Positions 47,989 through 61,905 of a stretch of DNA of 64,000 nt are shown here, piece by piece; position 1 is the first letter of the stretch; every line of letters begins with the position of its first letter. Source of the DNA: Rhizophagus irregularis (lineage: Eukaryota). The translations under genes and the position numbers were made by a program. Where the stretch lies: positions 3,472,001 through 3,536,000 of the forward strand of contig NC_089430.1 of assembly GCF_026210795.1 (NCBI RefSeq). Reading direction: 5' to 3'. Below the pieces are notes generated by a model that was given only the letters and a program-made list of their open reading frames with translations, did no database searches and was not told the origin of the DNA.

Positions 47989-50900
47989 GTGACAGATCGG
48001 AACTCGATAGGATAAAATGATCGACAATCTATAATTAATTTTACGGGTTTCGTTATTAATAAAAAAACTTTTTTTGGAATTTCGGTTTCTTTGTTATAAA
48101 AACTTTTACAATGAGCAAAAAAAAACAGTATATAGTAACTCTTTTAGCTAAAGGAATTATTTCAGAAGACTTGCATTATGGAATATATGCACGAAATTGG
48201 TGGGAACCGTGCAAATTTAACGAAAACTGCATAAATCCAATACCTTATCGACTATTTATGTCTGTTAATTGTTGTCTTAACGGTAAGAACTTTGCAATAA
48301 CAGTTATTAATGATGAGCAAACACATAACCCATGTTTTCATTGTATTTGTGATGGTAAAGATTCCGGAACTCAACTAACAGCTACTGCAGCTATTAATAA
48401 CACGTATAGCCAAATTTTTAGTAATAAAACAAAGTATTCAGGATTAGCTGTAATGGGATTTGATAATGAAGTAATTGTTCGTGAGTTAGTAGCTGATATT
48501 TCATTTATTCCAATATTTATTCGCTTAGATCAGATATTAATTGTAGTTAGTAAAATTGGTGTTTAAATGCTCCGTGAAGGATGTTATGGTGCTGGTCATG
48601 GATATCTTTCTACACTTATAACAAAATATGCAGACAAACGTTCGCTTTTGTACAATGCATAGAAGATGAATGCAGTTTAGATATTTATAACGAAGGTATA
48701 AAATTATATCATAATAAGGATACTACACCTAATAAAATTTGGGAAACTATCGGTATTCTTAAAAAATATGATGGTGCGACTTTATTTGGAATTACTGATT
48801 ATAACATTCAACAAATATTGACAGAATTGAATAAATTAGAAAAGAGTAAAAATTTAATTACTTGTACGAGTGATAATTGGAAAAACATTGATATATTGAA
48901 TTTTATATTCGAACAAAATATAAAAAAACGTAAAATTGCCAACACATTTTCAAGTTGGTCAAAATTATTCACAAACTGGTACGATCAAACTAATACAATA
49001 ATTCAATTTCCTACAATTTTATATCAGATTTATCCAAAAAATTATCAATTTCAAGAAAAAGAATTAGGTGCATGGCGAGCAATGTTTTGCGCTTTTGGTT
49101 GTACAAATATTACACCATTTATGAAAAAACGGCATTTGATTGAATTTTGGACAAAAGCACCAGATCCTTCATCTGATAGGGAAAATCTAGCAAAACTCTT
49201 TGAATCAGGAATGTTATTAGTAATAGAAAATAAATCTTTTTCTCAACCTCGATAACGAAAGTGAAACATTTTGGAAAAGTTTACAAAAAGCTTTAGAAAC
49301 AAATAAAAGAGGAATTGATGGAAATGTTAGGATTCTTTCAATAATTGCCGAAAATTTTACATACAAAAAACTCAAAGAAAAGTTTAAGGTAAAGATAAAA
49401 TTCATATTGAATTCATTATAAAATAAATCTTAAAAAATCTAAATTATTACAGATAGGAAGTGATATAATTAATTCTGCACGAAAACATGCAAGACTTAAT
49501 GGACCAGGTGCACAAGCCTAATAAAGCCAAAAAGAATTGTTAAACGGATGTCTGAAATTAAAGAAAGACAATTTCTAATTTTTTTTCAGGATCGAAGTGT
49601 AGTTGCACAAAGTTCCTACCAGGTGGATAAAAATGGATCCCCAATATTATATATGTGTGATCAAAAAATCAAATTGTGGAAAAAATTTGAAGAAACCTTT
49701 CCTAACGGTATGAAAAAGACATCATTTATGGGCTGATTAGCAAACTGTAGTAACATTAAATATCGGGATGATATGGGTGGACTTTGTCTTACTTGTAATG
49801 AATATGGCTATACTCCATTTGAATCTTTAACAGCCATTGCACGCAATACATTTTTGCAAAAGGAGCAATTAGTAAGTGGAATCTATTTTGATAAATAAAT
49901 TATTTAGTTTGATTATATTATAATTTACCTTTTCTAAATATCTTTAGGATAATATATTGCGAAAAATTGATGATTTAAAGCGTCATCTGCGTCGTGGTTA
50001 TGAAAAAGAATTAGTGGTTAATGCTGATGGTACAACAATACATAATCCCTGTATTTCCTATTGTTTGCCATATGTTTTTGGAAAGTGTTCTGAAAAACAT
50101 ACTTCACGGTGCTCAGAATGTGATAAATTTTTTGAATTTTTTGAATTTATGCACCTACATATAATGGAGGATCAAGTTGCTTCTTTAGACGAAATAAAGG
50201 AACACTTGCAATATTTTTTAGCCCATACAACACGAAAGATATACTTGAATGCTCAATTTAAAGCTACGTTGGTTCCAGTCTTGATGAGAATGGTGCATTA
50301 TTTATTGTTGATTATAAGATGAGAATTTTGCCAAGATCTGCTCGGGAAACTAAAGCAGAATTTTTTGGAAAACGTGGATGGACTCTTCATACAATTCTGG
50401 TTTTTACAAAAAAAAAAGATTGCAAAGAGTTAGATGTAAGGGCCTACGATCACTGGTCAACTGATACCAAACAGGATGCTTGGTTTACAGCCTCCTCATT
50501 TGAAGCTGTTTTTGAAACAATAAAACATAAACCAAAGTGGATTAGAGTAATTTCAGATAATGGTGCACATTACCATTTATCAGAACTTATGGCTATAGTT
50601 GCACATTGGAATGAGTGGTATCAAATTGAGGTTCGTGATTGGCAATTTCTTGAACTAGGCGAAGCTAAAACAACTATTGATTCGCATCATGCTGCAGTAA
50701 GTATTATTGTTATAGTCATTGCAATAAATTTCATATTAAAATTACCTTTTCTTTTTAGATTTCCCATTCAATCAAACGATATATTCGGATTGGATATGAT
50801 ATTCGTGATGGAGAGAATATAGTGGAAGCAGCTAAATATTTAGCTGGTACATCACTGGCAAATTTAGAACCAAATCGAAGTCAATTTGAACCTGAAGATA

Positions 50901-52119
50901 AAAAAATATATAATATTAGCAAAAAAGAACAAAATTCAAAGCCCAATGTCAAAACTATAAAAGTTATTTCAAATTTGTTTTACTGGAAATGGCCAATTTC
51001 TGGCGAAATGACAGGTTATGTATGTGCCCAATCACTTCCACATTTTGGTCCATGGAATAATTTTTCTCCTGCTGCAATTGCCAAACTATGCACCAAACCA
51101 ATTATTCGTCCCCATCCAAAGATTTCTGAACAAACTGAACCTGAATTAACTTGGACAATTCCTCTGTTAGGTGATTGATTGAAATAAAATTTTTTCATCA
51201 TAACATTTGACTAATAATTTTCTATATATAGATACATCTAGCATACCAGAATTCATGGATAATAATAATAATGGTGATGGTGAATTAGAAGATGTAAGGT
51301 AAATAGATGTGAAACTTAAACAAACATAATTCAAATTATAAACCTACATGATTTGTATTGAATTAGTTCTGTTGACATGAATTTTCAATTTCCTATGGGA
51401 TGGACGCTAAAAAGCAATCAAAAAGTAGGGGAAAAGGAAAGGGAAAAAGAATGACAAAGCAGGTAAAGGAGTTGTTGAAAAGTTTTTTTTTGAATGGAAA
51501 TCTTAATCAAAAGGATAAGATGTCAGCAAAGGATATGTATAATGAACTGCTGACATTTGTTGAATCTGGTGAATTGAAAGCTGAAGACGTCCCTAAGATA
51601 ATAACAATACAAAATTGGATCTCAGCTTATGCACGAACGTTCAAGGAACAAGCTACAGAAAATATGGTAAATAACGCACTATAATATAATAAATAAACTG
51701 GTAGAAAGTAAATGTTTATGATTAAACACCGCTCAGTATGTTTTAAAAAAAAAATAAAATAAAAGAACGATACCTAAATAAACTATATATAGGGTTAACC
51801 CAAAAAAAAAATCTAAAACTAACCGATTTTGGTTAAAATTGCTCAAAAATAATTTATTTAAAGCTTGAAATAGCCGAAAATATATGGTCAGAATCTTACG
51901 TTCTTCCATAGTAAAATCGAAGACGTGGAACTCTGGCGACTTCAAACTCTTCAAGTGGCTTAGTTAGGATCGACATTATTAATTACTGTATTTAAAATTT
52001 GCATATTATATCAAATGATGAGACGACGATCTGGTAAAATAGGAGTTTTAGCCATTTTCGGTAAAGATTTGCATAAATCGTAATTAATAAATTTCACCTA
52101 TTGAGTCGCGATCGGTCCT
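47989..52119 (+). mobile_element. TTAA-flanked DNA transposon, Sola-like (probably Sola3-type), decayed
   Basis: TTAA at 47985-47988 and 52120-52123; imperfect 23-bp TIR (17/23: GTGACAGATCGGAACTCGATAGG versus AGGACCGATCGCGACTCAATAGG) tightly enclosing the gene. Confidence 0.65.
48111..51684 (+). pseudogene. Large DDD-type transposase, multi-exon, with frameshifts and stops
   Basis: GGLCLTC, C..H...CSEC, IVDYKMRILP..ARETKAEFFGKRGWTLH, ISDNGAHYH and GEAKTTIDSHHA; HTH-like C-terminus. Confidence 0.7.
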
Positions 52120-52682
52120 TTAATAATATTTTAAAATCAAAAAAAAATACTAATATAAGAGATATTTATTGCAATTTTAAAATCAATACCAAAGTTCAAG
52201 TTAAAATATCTTTAAATAAAAGAAAGAAAAGCTATCCTTAAATAAAAAAAAATAATTTCAAAATAAAAAAGAAAAAAGAAACTTATATCTATTTGTGATT
52301 TTAAGATTTCTTGAAATTCAAGTTTACTCCTAAAAAAAAAGAATATTAATAAATAAAAAAAATATAAAAACAGTAAAAAAATTAGAAATAATATTTTTAT
52401 ATTTATAATCTTTTCATATCTATAATTTCAAAAATCTGTACTAATATCTAGAATGTTTTGTTTTAAAAAAAGGAAAAGGGAAAAAAGTATTATATATTTT
52501 AAATAGTAAATATAAAAATAATGAAATTTCTACCATTCCTACTTATAATTTTAGAATTTATACTATTCTAAAGAGAGTAGAAAAAAAAAAATTTAAAATA
52601 AATTTTTTTCTTTATGTGTTGCAAAATCAAGATCTTTACTAATGAAAACCTGTAATTTAACAGGTAAAATTATTACAAGTAC

Positions 52683-52906
52683 TAGTGCTTCGATCCATAG
52701 CGGTTTTATCCGGATTTTCATCCGGATTGAATTTCATTAAATTTCGCTGGCACTATGAGTTTGGCCAGAATTAGTATAAATTTTTGGGATAATAATACTT
52801 TAATGTTGGTTTAAATTATAGTCTGTTTAAATCTGAAATTCATAATCTTTCTCAGCCATAATCGTCACATGAAAATATTCAAGTTTTCATCCGGATCGAA
52901 GCACTA
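52683..52906. mobile_element. hAT-type MITE (224 bp)
   Basis: Perfect 14-bp TIR TAGTGCTTCGATCC; perfect 8-bp TSD ACAAGTAC. Confidence 0.93.
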
Positions 52907-54117
52907 ACAAGTACAATAAATATAAAGCAAAATACTAACTGTTAAAATATACATTTTTATATTAAATTTATATATGATCTTGAATTTTTATCTGAAATTT
53001 TATACTTTTTTTACTATAACACTCAGTGGTTATATTATATGATATATCAATCACTAATTAAAAAATTGTATTGCAAAAATGATCTGCACAAAGTCACAAA
53101 TGTTACAAAGTTTTCTCTTAAGTAAAACCTTTATAAACCTTAGTAAACTTTTATTCTTCAGATTTTTACCTACTTGTTTCAACCTTTTATTTAACAAAAT
53201 AATGCTTATTTGAGAAATTTATATTAGGTTAACTTTTCCTACTTTTTTGATTTCAACCCAAATGCAAATTTGTATAAGAACTAATTATTTAAAGTACTTA
53301 AATATATGTAAATTTTTACAAGAAATCGAAATGCTTAGTGAGGAGAAGGTTGGTTTGATAATAAAAGTTTTATTAAATTCATGATTTTTGTTTTTTTATG
53401 TAGTTTATCTATATTAATATTGTAAAAATTACATGTATAAATTTAATTTTAATAGCATAAAAAGAATATTTGACGTAAATTACATATTGTAATCAAATAA
53501 TAAATAAGTATTTTTCAAATTTAAAAATCTTTTATATATTAAATAAAATGTAAAAGTCATCTTTAATAAAAATTTTTCAATATGTATCCAATTTCAATAA
53601 AAATTGACTTATAAAGACTTTAAATATTTTGAATTATGTGCAAAATTTCAGTATATATTATTATGTGGGATGGAGCAAAAAGTTACTGTTACACAGATTT
53701 TATAGTAAAAAAGTCCTTATGTCTGATCTATGATATGACCGGTGTTTGATAATCTATTTTTATATTTTACTATTTTTGAATATAATATTTTTTTAAAATA
53801 TATAAAATATACATTTTTTTATATAACCTACTTATTAAAAATATAAAATTTTATATTTATTTACATATGATCTCTATTATAATTATCTGGGATTCTGCTA
53901 GTATTAACTTTCAATGTCTTCAAGTAAAAAAAGAATAAAAAGTACTATAAAGACTTCAGAGAAAAATGCAATACATAATATTACAAATCAAATTAGCATT
54001 CAATAGAATAATAATAATGGTATAATATTAAGATCATAATGAAAATACGATTTTTGTGAAAAATTAGATTATTATTAAAAAAGATGTCCAAATGGTAAAA
54101 GTAAATATAAAATTAAT

Positions 54118-54838
54118 TGTGATAAAATTCAAGAGGTCGTGCAGTATATAATTAAAGGATTTAAATTATTTTTAATGAATATAATTTTTGAAATTTCAAA
54201 AAAAGATTTAGATAGACATTAAGTTGAATGTAAAGTTGAAACATTAGATATATAGGATCTTAATAGTTTATATGATTTTACATTTTTATTAAAAAATCAA
54301 GTGAGTCATCAATTGGTTGATTTATTGAAGTTATATATAATAACAGATACAAAGGTGCTGAAAAAATATTAAAACTAATAATTAGCAAAATAATTTTAGA
54401 TTTTAAGATATTAATTTGAGAATATAGGAATGAGTTACAAGTGGAAAAAGAGAAAAGATGTAATATTAGTAGTATAATAAAAAAAATGAAGTTGAAGTAT
54501 AAGAAATGTGAGGATAATAACGTTCATGTAGTAAACTTTAATAATGAGACTAATCAGAACAAATGGAATGATTTAGCATTCCATTGGAGTGGTTACTGGA
54601 CAAATTTTTAAGCAGATCTTGACAGTCACCTGAGAATTTAGGTTGTATCATCGTTTTTAACGGTGATATGATTATTTAGGTAACAGGTTGACTTTTTCTT
54701 TAGAAAAGTAGTTTTGTTTCATAATACTTAGTTCTTATATATATTTGTAATCTTATTTTAAGTTTATGTATGTAAGTAAATATAGTTATATTAAGACAAG
54801 ATCGCATTTAAAATAAATGAATAAAAAAAAAAAAAAAA
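54118..54838 (+). mobile_element. 5'-truncated LINE 3' end
   Basis: A16 tail at 54823-54838; TSD GTAAATATAAAATTAAT of at least 17 bp at 54101-54117 and 54839-54855; decayed I(W>*)EYRN ORF2 C-terminal motif. Confidence 0.88.
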
Positions 54839-57800
54839 GTAAATATAAAATTAATATATAATATGATATAGATTCATTAAATTATTTAATTATCTAATAA
54901 TTGTTAAAGTAATTTATATATATTATTAATTAATAATTAAATTGCATTATATATTATTTAATTAGTATAAACATAAAATTGTATAATATTGCAATGCATT
55001 TATTAAGAGAGAGTCAACAACTATATAAAGAATTGCTAAGTAGGAAGTTTGAAAGATTTGGAAAAAAAAATAAAGTCTTTTCTAAATATTTTTTATTAAT
55101 TCATTACCTCTAATAAAACTTAATCATTTTTTACTTAATAATCATAATAAAATATTCATTAAAAAAGAGAGAAAATTTTAATATTTTTATTCATTATATT
55201 GTACTTTTTACATATTCGCTGATCGGTAGAATTAAAGATTTAAGTTACGTGATGTTTAATTAGTTGAGTGCAACGTTCATTAAAATCAAACTGTTTCTAA
55301 ATAAAAAAAAAATCAAACATTATATTAAAAATAATAATTCTTTCAAAATTTCTATTACAATATTTGCTTTTTCAACCTGAAAATAATAAATACATTCTAA
55401 AAAATGAAGGAAAAATATTATAGTTAGTTTATTAAAAAAAAAGAAAATTCATAATAATTTAACAAAAAAAAAATTAAAAAATAATAAATTATTTAAAAAT
55501 AAACTTTAATTAAATAATTTATTAATTCATATTTTAATTGATTACAATTTAATAAATTAAACTTAAAACTATTAATTATGATTTCTTAAATATTTCTATT
55601 GAATAATGTATTGTTTTTTTACAGAATATTAAAAAAACTTTTAAATAAAAAAAAGAGAACTACTACTTGTATATAAAGTAAAAAAACTACTATATATATT
55701 TTCAAAACTATTTAGTTTACCTAACTTAAAAAACTGATGGGAAAACTGATGGAAAGACTAACAGAGAGTTTGCGAAAGAAAAAAATACTTTTATTGTTAT
55801 AAATAAATTAAATTCATATTACATGACTTTGTAATACAATATAATTTAATTTGTGAAATGTAATTTATATTTGATTGTATTTTAATTATATAATATTATG
55901 TCAAAAATTGTATTTTTTTTAAAAAACAAATTTTAATGTAATAATTATAAATTATATGATACAGTAAAAATCATTTCTGATGAATTTTATTTCTGGTGAA
56001 TATTAAAATGATCTAAAACTTAAAAATTATAATTGATTATTAATTGCATCCAAATCTTTTTTAAATTAAAAAATTTTTTACTGTATAATAAAATTCTTAT
56101 ATTGTATATTTCATATATTTAAAAAAATTATATATATACTATTATGTACAGTATATTATTAGTGTAATGTATTCCACACCTTTTTATGCATCACATCTCT
56201 ATTAGACTTCACAACTATTCATTTTATTTTTATTATCTTGGTATCCTTAATTATATTTGGAAAGTTACAATTAATCCTAAAAAATGATTAGAATTCAAAA
56301 ACTGCACAAACATACTAGCAACTATTTAAGAAAAATACCACAATATTATTTCACTTAATAAATGTGAAAAAATGTGTTAAAAAAAGTTAATTTTATTTGT
56401 ATTTTACTTAAAAAAATATTTTAAATTAAATGTACTAATAGTTGCATATAATTTTAATAGTATTCATTAGTTAAGAATATTAGTAATTTACAATGTTAAT
56501 CATATTATTTTATACAGATATACAATACAATTTTTTTTTGCAGGCATTATCAATTAACTATTACAGTATTATTCTTTGCTATAGGCCTATAGCTAAACTT
56601 AAAATAAGTAAAGACAGTTTTAAAAAAAAATTTTTTTAATATGTAATATTGTTTCAGATTAAACATTTTTTTTTCTCAAGGTGTTTGATTATGCAGAAAA
56701 ATTCTTAATATAGAACGAAATAATACAATTTACAAGGTAAAAGCTAGTTTTTGAAAAAAAAAAGTTTTTTTTTTTGGGAGTGAAAAAAAAGCCATAATAT
56801 GGGACAATAGGTTAATATAATAGTTCATTCAATAAATCATATACAAGCCATTTAATTTTCACATTCACAAGGGGTAAAACAAATTAAACCTACATACAGT
56901 ATTTATTTATTTATTATTACAAAAAAGATAAAAAAACTATATAAATGACATGGGTTCTTATGGGGCGAAAGAATATATAATACAGAATCGATACTAATCT
57001 AAGTCTAAATAGAATAGATTACCTACTCTAAATCTAAGATCTAAGATATTAAATTTACAACGAACTTTTTCCTTTTTCGTATATGAAGATCCAACCTAAT
57101 AAGAATATACGTTGCAAGTGTTTTGATGATCTCAAGTCAGGAACCTCATGAGAACTTATAATAAATCAATACCTTAACAAATGTGTAGAACGACACACAA
57201 AACACTAATCAGGAAAAAGTACCTCTTATTATTAACCCGCTACGATAAAAGGCAACTAAAATACCAAAACTTACTCTCTAAATTAAAATATTCTGACTAA
57301 TGATTAACATAACAGATAAACGGATTTACATTACTCTAGCACAGCTAGTCATCAGTATCAGTTTGCTTTTTAAAAGCGGTTAATAATTTTGGCCTGGATT
57401 AAAATGAAAATCCAACTTCATTATAAAAAAGTCGATTTTATAAATGCCGTTTTATAATCGAAAAATCGAAAAAAAAAAACGATTCTCAAAAGAGGCCGGG
57501 CCGTCTAAAAAAATCTTGAAATGATCATAATAATTATTGAATTAGTTATCCAAACCCAAGATGAATTTATACAAGTTTACTTCCGTTTTTTAGAAGGCTA
57601 TTAGTAAATTTCATATTTCAGCCCATCTTTCAGATTTAAAAATCTTTGGCCAATCAATACTCTGCTTCAAATCACAATGTGGGTTACTCATTTGAAATTT
57701 TGACCAAAAAACTTTTTTTTATAGTTTTTGTAGACGCTAAATTCTGTCACGGAACGAATAGAAAAATGTACAGCCGGACTCCTGTGACTTAGAATTTAGA

Positions 57801-58172
57801 TGCCGAAAATCGCCGAGATCTCAAAATTATTTATATTAATAAGCTTTTTTTTTAAAAAAAAACCAGGTTCATCTTGCAAAGTAAAAAAAAAAAATATACC
57901 CCGATGGTATAGCCCCCTAAAAATCTACGATAATCAAAAAATCTTCTCAAATTACAACTGAACACGAAAAATTAGGATACACAGAAAATGGCTGATAAAA
58001 AGAGACTAAATTATCAAATTATCAAAATTCTCTTTTAATTATCAAAATTTTTTTAATTTTATTAAACGGGACGTAATTGTATTATCTGAAAAAAAAAAAA
58101 ACTAAAGTATGATATAACAACTTATATAAGGTAACTTTTCTTACAACTTTCTAATAATTTTTCTCTAAATAG

Positions 58173-59803
58173 ATGACGTCAGAAACCAGCGGTTTAAAAC
58201 TCAAAAACTGGGCTGCCATAAAAAATCCACCATATCCTGCTGAAGGAGCTGGTAACCAAACCTTCAGCTCTTATACACTTTTTGGAATAGTTTTAGGAGG
58301 TCCTTTATTTCTTATTATATACTTTCGCTTGAGTTTATTGTTTTATCCTTTCTTATTACCTCTTGGTTTGCCTATTTTCGCTGGCTATTTTTATTTATCC
58401 TCAAAATACTCCGCTCCATATAACAACAAGGTTCAACTTCCAGGCAGAAAAATTGAAGAGTATATTATTATACAAGATTCATCATTAGCTATCTACTCCA
58501 ATCGTAATAAGATTCCAATGGAACTTTTTTTTGAGAATTATTTTGATGGAAAAATTGATCTTCGTGGTGATGCTCTCGAAATCCTTGAATCTCGTCATGA
58601 TTGGGCTTCATTTGAATTTACAATGGGTCAATTTAAATTCTTTTTAACCCAATGGATACCTGAAACTTTGGTACATTCTAAAAAGCAAGATGAAGAACAA
58701 GTCAGGGATCATTACGATCGTGGTGATGATTTCTATGCTGCATTTTTAGGGCCTAGGATGGTTTATACATCTGGCATTATTTCAGATCAGAACAAATGTG
58801 AAACACTTGAAGAAATGCAAGATAATAAATTAAAACTTGTTTGTGAGAGAATGCGTATGAAAGAAGGTGAACGACATTTAGATATTGGATGTGGATGGGG
58901 AACACTTGTAGCATATGCCGCTAAACATTACGGTGTAGATTCTACTGGTATTACCCTTGGTCGTAATCAAACTCAGTTCGGTAACAATCGAATTAAAGAG
59001 TTTGGTGTCGACGGACAACAAGCTCGTATAAAGTGTATGGATTATCGTGATATACCTAGAAGTCCAAAGTATCACAAGATTACCTGTCTTGAAATGGCTG
59101 AACACGTGGGTGTTAGACTTTTTACAACATTTCTAGAACAAGTTAGAGACATGCTTGAAGACGATGGTTTGTTCTTCTTGCAAATTGCTGGGTTACGGCG
59201 GTAAGCTGTTATTTTATATGGGCAACTTAAATACTTGCAATGTATTAATCCACTCTGCTAATATCCAGCACATGGCAATACGAAGATTTCATATGGGGAT
59301 TATTTATGGCCAAATATATTTTTCCTGGTGCTGATGCCTCTTGTCCTTTGGGATGGGTTATTGATAAGTTGGAAGTTTCAGGGTTTGAGATTCAAAGTGT
59401 TGATACAATTGGTGTCCATTATTCGGGTACAATCTGGCGCTGGTATCAGAATTGGCTCAAAAATAAAGACACTATCACCGCGAAATATGGCAAGAGGTAA
59501 ACTATAGATTTATTGATGTTTATGATTATTTCCATTTATATTAAAATTTTGAATTCTCAAAAAATTTTTTATATTGCTTTTTGTTAATTAGATGGTATCG
59601 GTAAGTAAACATACTTTTCAGATGCATATTAAATATTTTAATAACAATTCTTTATACGTTACAGGATTTGGGAAATTTTCTTAGCATGGTCGACTATAAT
59701 TTCTCGTCAAGGAAGTGCTACTTGTTATCAAATAGTAGCTCATAAAAATTTGAACGCTTTTGATCGTGCTGAATTGATTTCGAAAAAACTTTTATCTTTT
59801 TAG
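58173..59803 (+). CDS. MTS1: Sphingolipid C9-methyltransferase (cyclopropane fatty acid synthase family); exons 58173-59200, 59269-59496, 59592-59600, 59665-59803
   Basis: N-terminal PAEGAGN and two TM segments; HYDRGDDFY, LDIGCGWG, CLEMAEHVG, YIFPGADAS and SRQGSATCYQI. Confidence 0.9.
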
Positions 59804-59994
59804 CTCATACATACAAAAAAAAAAAAATAATTTGTAAATAATACCTATTTATTTGTATCAAATTCATCATCATTAAGAAGTAATAATATTATATTTATTA
59901 TACATAAATTTGCGTCTTATCGATGTTTTAACAAATTTATTCTAACAAATACTTAAAATTTATGAGTAATAGAACCCTTAACATATAATTTATT

Positions 59995-60643
59995 TTAAAT
60001 TTCAATTTCGCGAACCCCATCCTTGTCTGCGACTTTAATCTTAAAATCAGCAAGATTAATGATAAATCTAGATTTTAATTCATCTATACACTTTTTAATG
60101 AGTATTTTTGCTTCGTCTAGAGAAAGATCTGGGCGATGATATCTATCCAAGAGCGATAAAGTATAATAAGCACCATACCCATGAGCAGCGAAAGGTACAC
60201 TAATAGAGGAACCAAGATAATCGATCCAATAAAGTTGTGATGTTAATGTTGTTACATCATAGCCTGCAATAAGTAGGTTAACGGCGTACGGGTGCTAAAT
60301 AAATTGAAAGATATTAATTTATTGCGAACTTAAATTATGAACGTACAAGAATACTCACTCGGCTTCTCAAACTTGTAGCTAATTCTTTTCGAGTAAAAGT
60401 GGCAGCGGCCTTAGGTGTCAACTCGATTCCATTTTTAATCTCGTAAAACCTAACATTTCTCTGAATATATTCAGCAAAGTGTACAGTGTCTCCTGGTTCA
60501 CCAGAATACAACATTACTATATGCTTATTAAGGTCTCGAGATTTATCCTCATTAGACTTCATAACAGTAATAGATCTTGCTGCCGAGGTATCCGCTGCAG
60601 TAAGTACGAAATCTTTGCCTACCATTCCGATAAGAGTCTCCAT
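59995..60643 (-). CDS. PRE1: 20S proteasome subunit beta-4 (PSMB2), 194 aa; exons 60643-60359, 60294-59995
   Basis: METLIGMVGKDFVL..GEPGDTVHFAEYIQRN..LATSLRSR|HPYAVNLLIAGYD..LYWIDYLG..AHGYG..DKDGVREI. Confidence 0.95.
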
Positions 60644-60786
60644 TTTTTTTTTATTTTTTATTTAGTAAGAATTGAGAAATGAGTTTTAAAGCTCAATTAA
60701 CAAAAAATGATCAGACCGCTCAAAAAAAAAAGCTTGTCGCCTGCATTATGGCGTTATGCATTAACACGTGAAAGCTACAGTTCATT

Positions 60787-61789
60787 ATCTTCCCCAGTAT
60801 TACCGTCACTTTTCTACCCCCACGTGATTTTGTGCCACATCAGCCTCATTGATTTATTTATTTATTACGTTTAACAACAGTGATTTTGTAACTTTCGTAA
60901 CTTCTTTCTTCTTTTTTCTCTTTCTTTCTTTAATGTCAGACAAAAATTTTATAAAAAGCTGTAAATATCGAGTTTAAATAATTATTTAAGTATAAAATTT
61001 ATTGTTGGTTTATTTTTAACTACTATATTAACTGTTTTTTATTTTTTTTGTTTATCTTCTTTATACAAAGATTAGAGTGTAATTTTGGTACTTTGGTCAT
61101 TCTTTGAAGGCTAAATAAAGTCTTAACAAGTATAGCATTACTCAAATAATTATTTTTATTGAATTATTTTACATATTTGTGGAGTTATAATTATACTTTG
61201 TAACAATATAAGTGCAATATACATTTTTTAAATCTCTTTAGGCAACGCGCGCGTTTATATATTTATTTAGGTTATTTATCATACTTGTTTTATTATATTT
61301 ATTAGGAGAGTTAAGAGTTAGGAGAAGACGCGTTTTTATATTTATTTAGGTGTTATTTATTATATTTATTTTATTAGTAGATACGGTGTTATTTATTGTA
61401 TTTGCTTTATTATATCTATCAGGAGACATAGGAGACGCGCGTTTTTATATTTATTTAGGTGTTATTTATTATATTTATTTTATGGGTTACGCGTTTTATT
61501 TTATTAATAAATAAGCAGACATAAATTTCCAAGTAAAAATCAAACGAACTTATCAAATAATTTTTTTATTAAATTTAAAAACAAATTCTAAGAGCAAGAA
61601 ATCAATATTTTTTATACTTTAAATTTAAGTATGAAAATTTAATTTTTTAATATTTTAAAAGTGCGAGAAGTGAAAAATTTTGCAATTAAAATTTTTCTAA
61701 GATAAATGTTACGCAAAAAAGCAAATGAGGCTGATGCGCCACAAAAAATCACGTGGGGGTAGAAAAGTGACGGTGATACTGGGGTAAAT
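60787..61789. mobile_element. Non-autonomous TIR element with 9-bp TSD (MULE-like)
   Basis: About 65-bp TIRs (CCCCAGTAT(T/C)ACCGTCACTTTTCTACCCCCACGTGATTTT...CATCAGCCTCATT); TSD CAGTTCATT at 60778-60786 and 61790-61798. Confidence 0.88.
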
Positions 61790-61905
61790 CAGTTCATTAT
61801 ATGAAGTCACGTGTAGAGAAATGTCTTACGAATTCTGATGATGCACATGGTACATCGCAATAAAAAAAATGAATACTTCTGTCGAAAGTTGGGAACTATT
61901 CAACG

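Noticed and set aside
56895..57360. Possible minus-strand retroposon with (TAAA)n tail
   Set aside because: Only a ~6-bp candidate TSD and no recognisable coding motif.
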